A stretch of DNA of 64,000 bases from the human T2T-CHM13v2.0 reference genome, Homo sapiens: the NCBI RefSeq assembly GCF_009914755.1, contig NC_060930.1; one strand, written 5' to 3'. The position numbers were made by a program, and so were the translations under genes. Below the pieces are notes generated by a model. The model did no database searches. It worked only from the letters and a program-made list of their open reading frames with translations, and was not told where the DNA came from. This document shows, one piece after another, positions 62,003-64,000 of this stretch; the stretch's first letter is position 1; every line of letters starts with the position of its first letter.

Positions 62003-62674
62003 AGGAATGGCTTGTCCCTGAGGGTACCTGCATGGCTTCACACCAAGTCCCACCCACCTGGCCTCTCAACCCTCAGACCTTTGATGGCACCTCTTCGAGA
62101 ATTGTCTTTCCTGGCAGATCCCTGGAATCTACGAAAACAGGGTATGATTGCATTTTCAGCTACTATCTCCACGCCACTTTGTGTGACTTGCTGACCAGCT
62201 GGAGGTGCCACGAGAACATGACTCAGGGTAACCGAAATGTACTTTAGTGCCAAAACTACAGGATTCAGTTATAGGATAGTATTTAAACTGCTGCACTAGG
62301 AAGTGTCTGCAAACAGATCTGTATAATGTAGTGTGGCAATGTTAACAACTTGGTGGGCTTGTATCCTTTTTAGCTACTAGAAAACTCAGCATAACAAAAT
62401 GATACCTGATCACTTCAAATTTTTGTCCAGTAGTCATGAAAGACACAAACGATCCTCCTTCTTTTCCCTATGCCGAGCCCCAATCCTGCGTATTCATTGT
62501 GAGATAAGGGGGTCACATTCAAGGGTGCAGTCTCTGGCCTCGAGTTAGGACAAATACACTGGGCCCTCACAGTCTCATTAGCACCTACTACATCCAACCC
62601 AACTAATAGACCATAGCCAGAGCTTCAGGGCTGCCAGAGAGGCAATCCAGGGCAGTGGTTAAGAACTACAGCTA

Positions 62675-63428
<754 letters not shown>

Positions 63429-63524
63429 TGCCCTTAGTCTCCAGCCAAATTTGGGTCACTTTAGGGATTCCCCACTTATTAACTATAAGAACATGCAAAT
63501 ATGTAAGTCTCTAAGCCTCGGTTT

Positions 63525-63660
63525 CTTTTCTTTCTTTTTTATAGAGACAAGTTTTCACTATGTTACTCAGACTGACCTTGAACTCCTAGGTTCAAGCGAT
63601 CCTCTGGCTTTGGCCTCCTAAAGTGTTGGGATTACTGGTGTAAGTCACAGCACTCAACCT
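63525..63660 (-). mobile_element. FLAM within a MIR
   Basis: Reverse left monomer, TSD agcct(c/g)ggtttcttt. Confidence 0.8.
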
Positions 63661-64000
63661 AGCCTGGGTTTCTTTATCTACATACTGAGGATAATATAGC
63701 CTAACTCAGAGGATGGAGGTAGGAGGATTAAATGTGATAATGTAAAGTACTTAGTACCTGGCACACTGAGTGATTCCTAGATGAGTGTTACCGGAAAGCT
63801 ATAAATATATAAGCTAGAGTAATAGCGGCCCAGTAAATAATCAGAAATTAGGGAATATATACATCTGTGGGTTGGGAAGAAGGGAAAAGAGGGAAGATGG
63901 CTGTTCTGGGATGAATGCTTTTCTCCAAGGGCAAGGGCAGCGGGAGAGACTGAGGTGAAGAGGCAGCTAGCCAAGGTAATGAATCGTCTGTCCCAAGATC

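Overview
Primate, very likely human, genomic DNA from a GC-rich, very Alu-dense intergenic region. I count roughly 85-90 Alu/FLAM/FAM elements or fragments by eye, about a third or more of the window. I see no spliced protein-coding gene, and nearly all ORFs in the track are Alu-derived or chance ORFs. The one gene-derived sequence is a processed RPL12 retrocopy (24767-25403, +) with 5'UTR, polyA signal, A-tail, target-site duplication (TSD) and an uninterrupted 164-aa ORF. Other repeats: a fragmented HSMAR2 mariner, a MADE1 MITE, Charlie1b/MER3/MER103/MER5 hAT relics, MER2 and three MER46C-like Tigger MITEs, MST/ERVL/ERV1 solo LTRs, old L1M pieces, a young L1PA 3' end, and many MIR/L2 fragments. 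There is a small orphan CpG island near 36.2-36.4 kb. I find no evidence of a new multi-gene system. The notable signals are structural: repeated reuse of single retrotransposon target sites, templated hairpin insertions inside Alus, and a fused head-to-head Alu palindrome. Subfamily names come from memory of consensus sequences, and repeat boundaries are approximate (about 10-20 bp).
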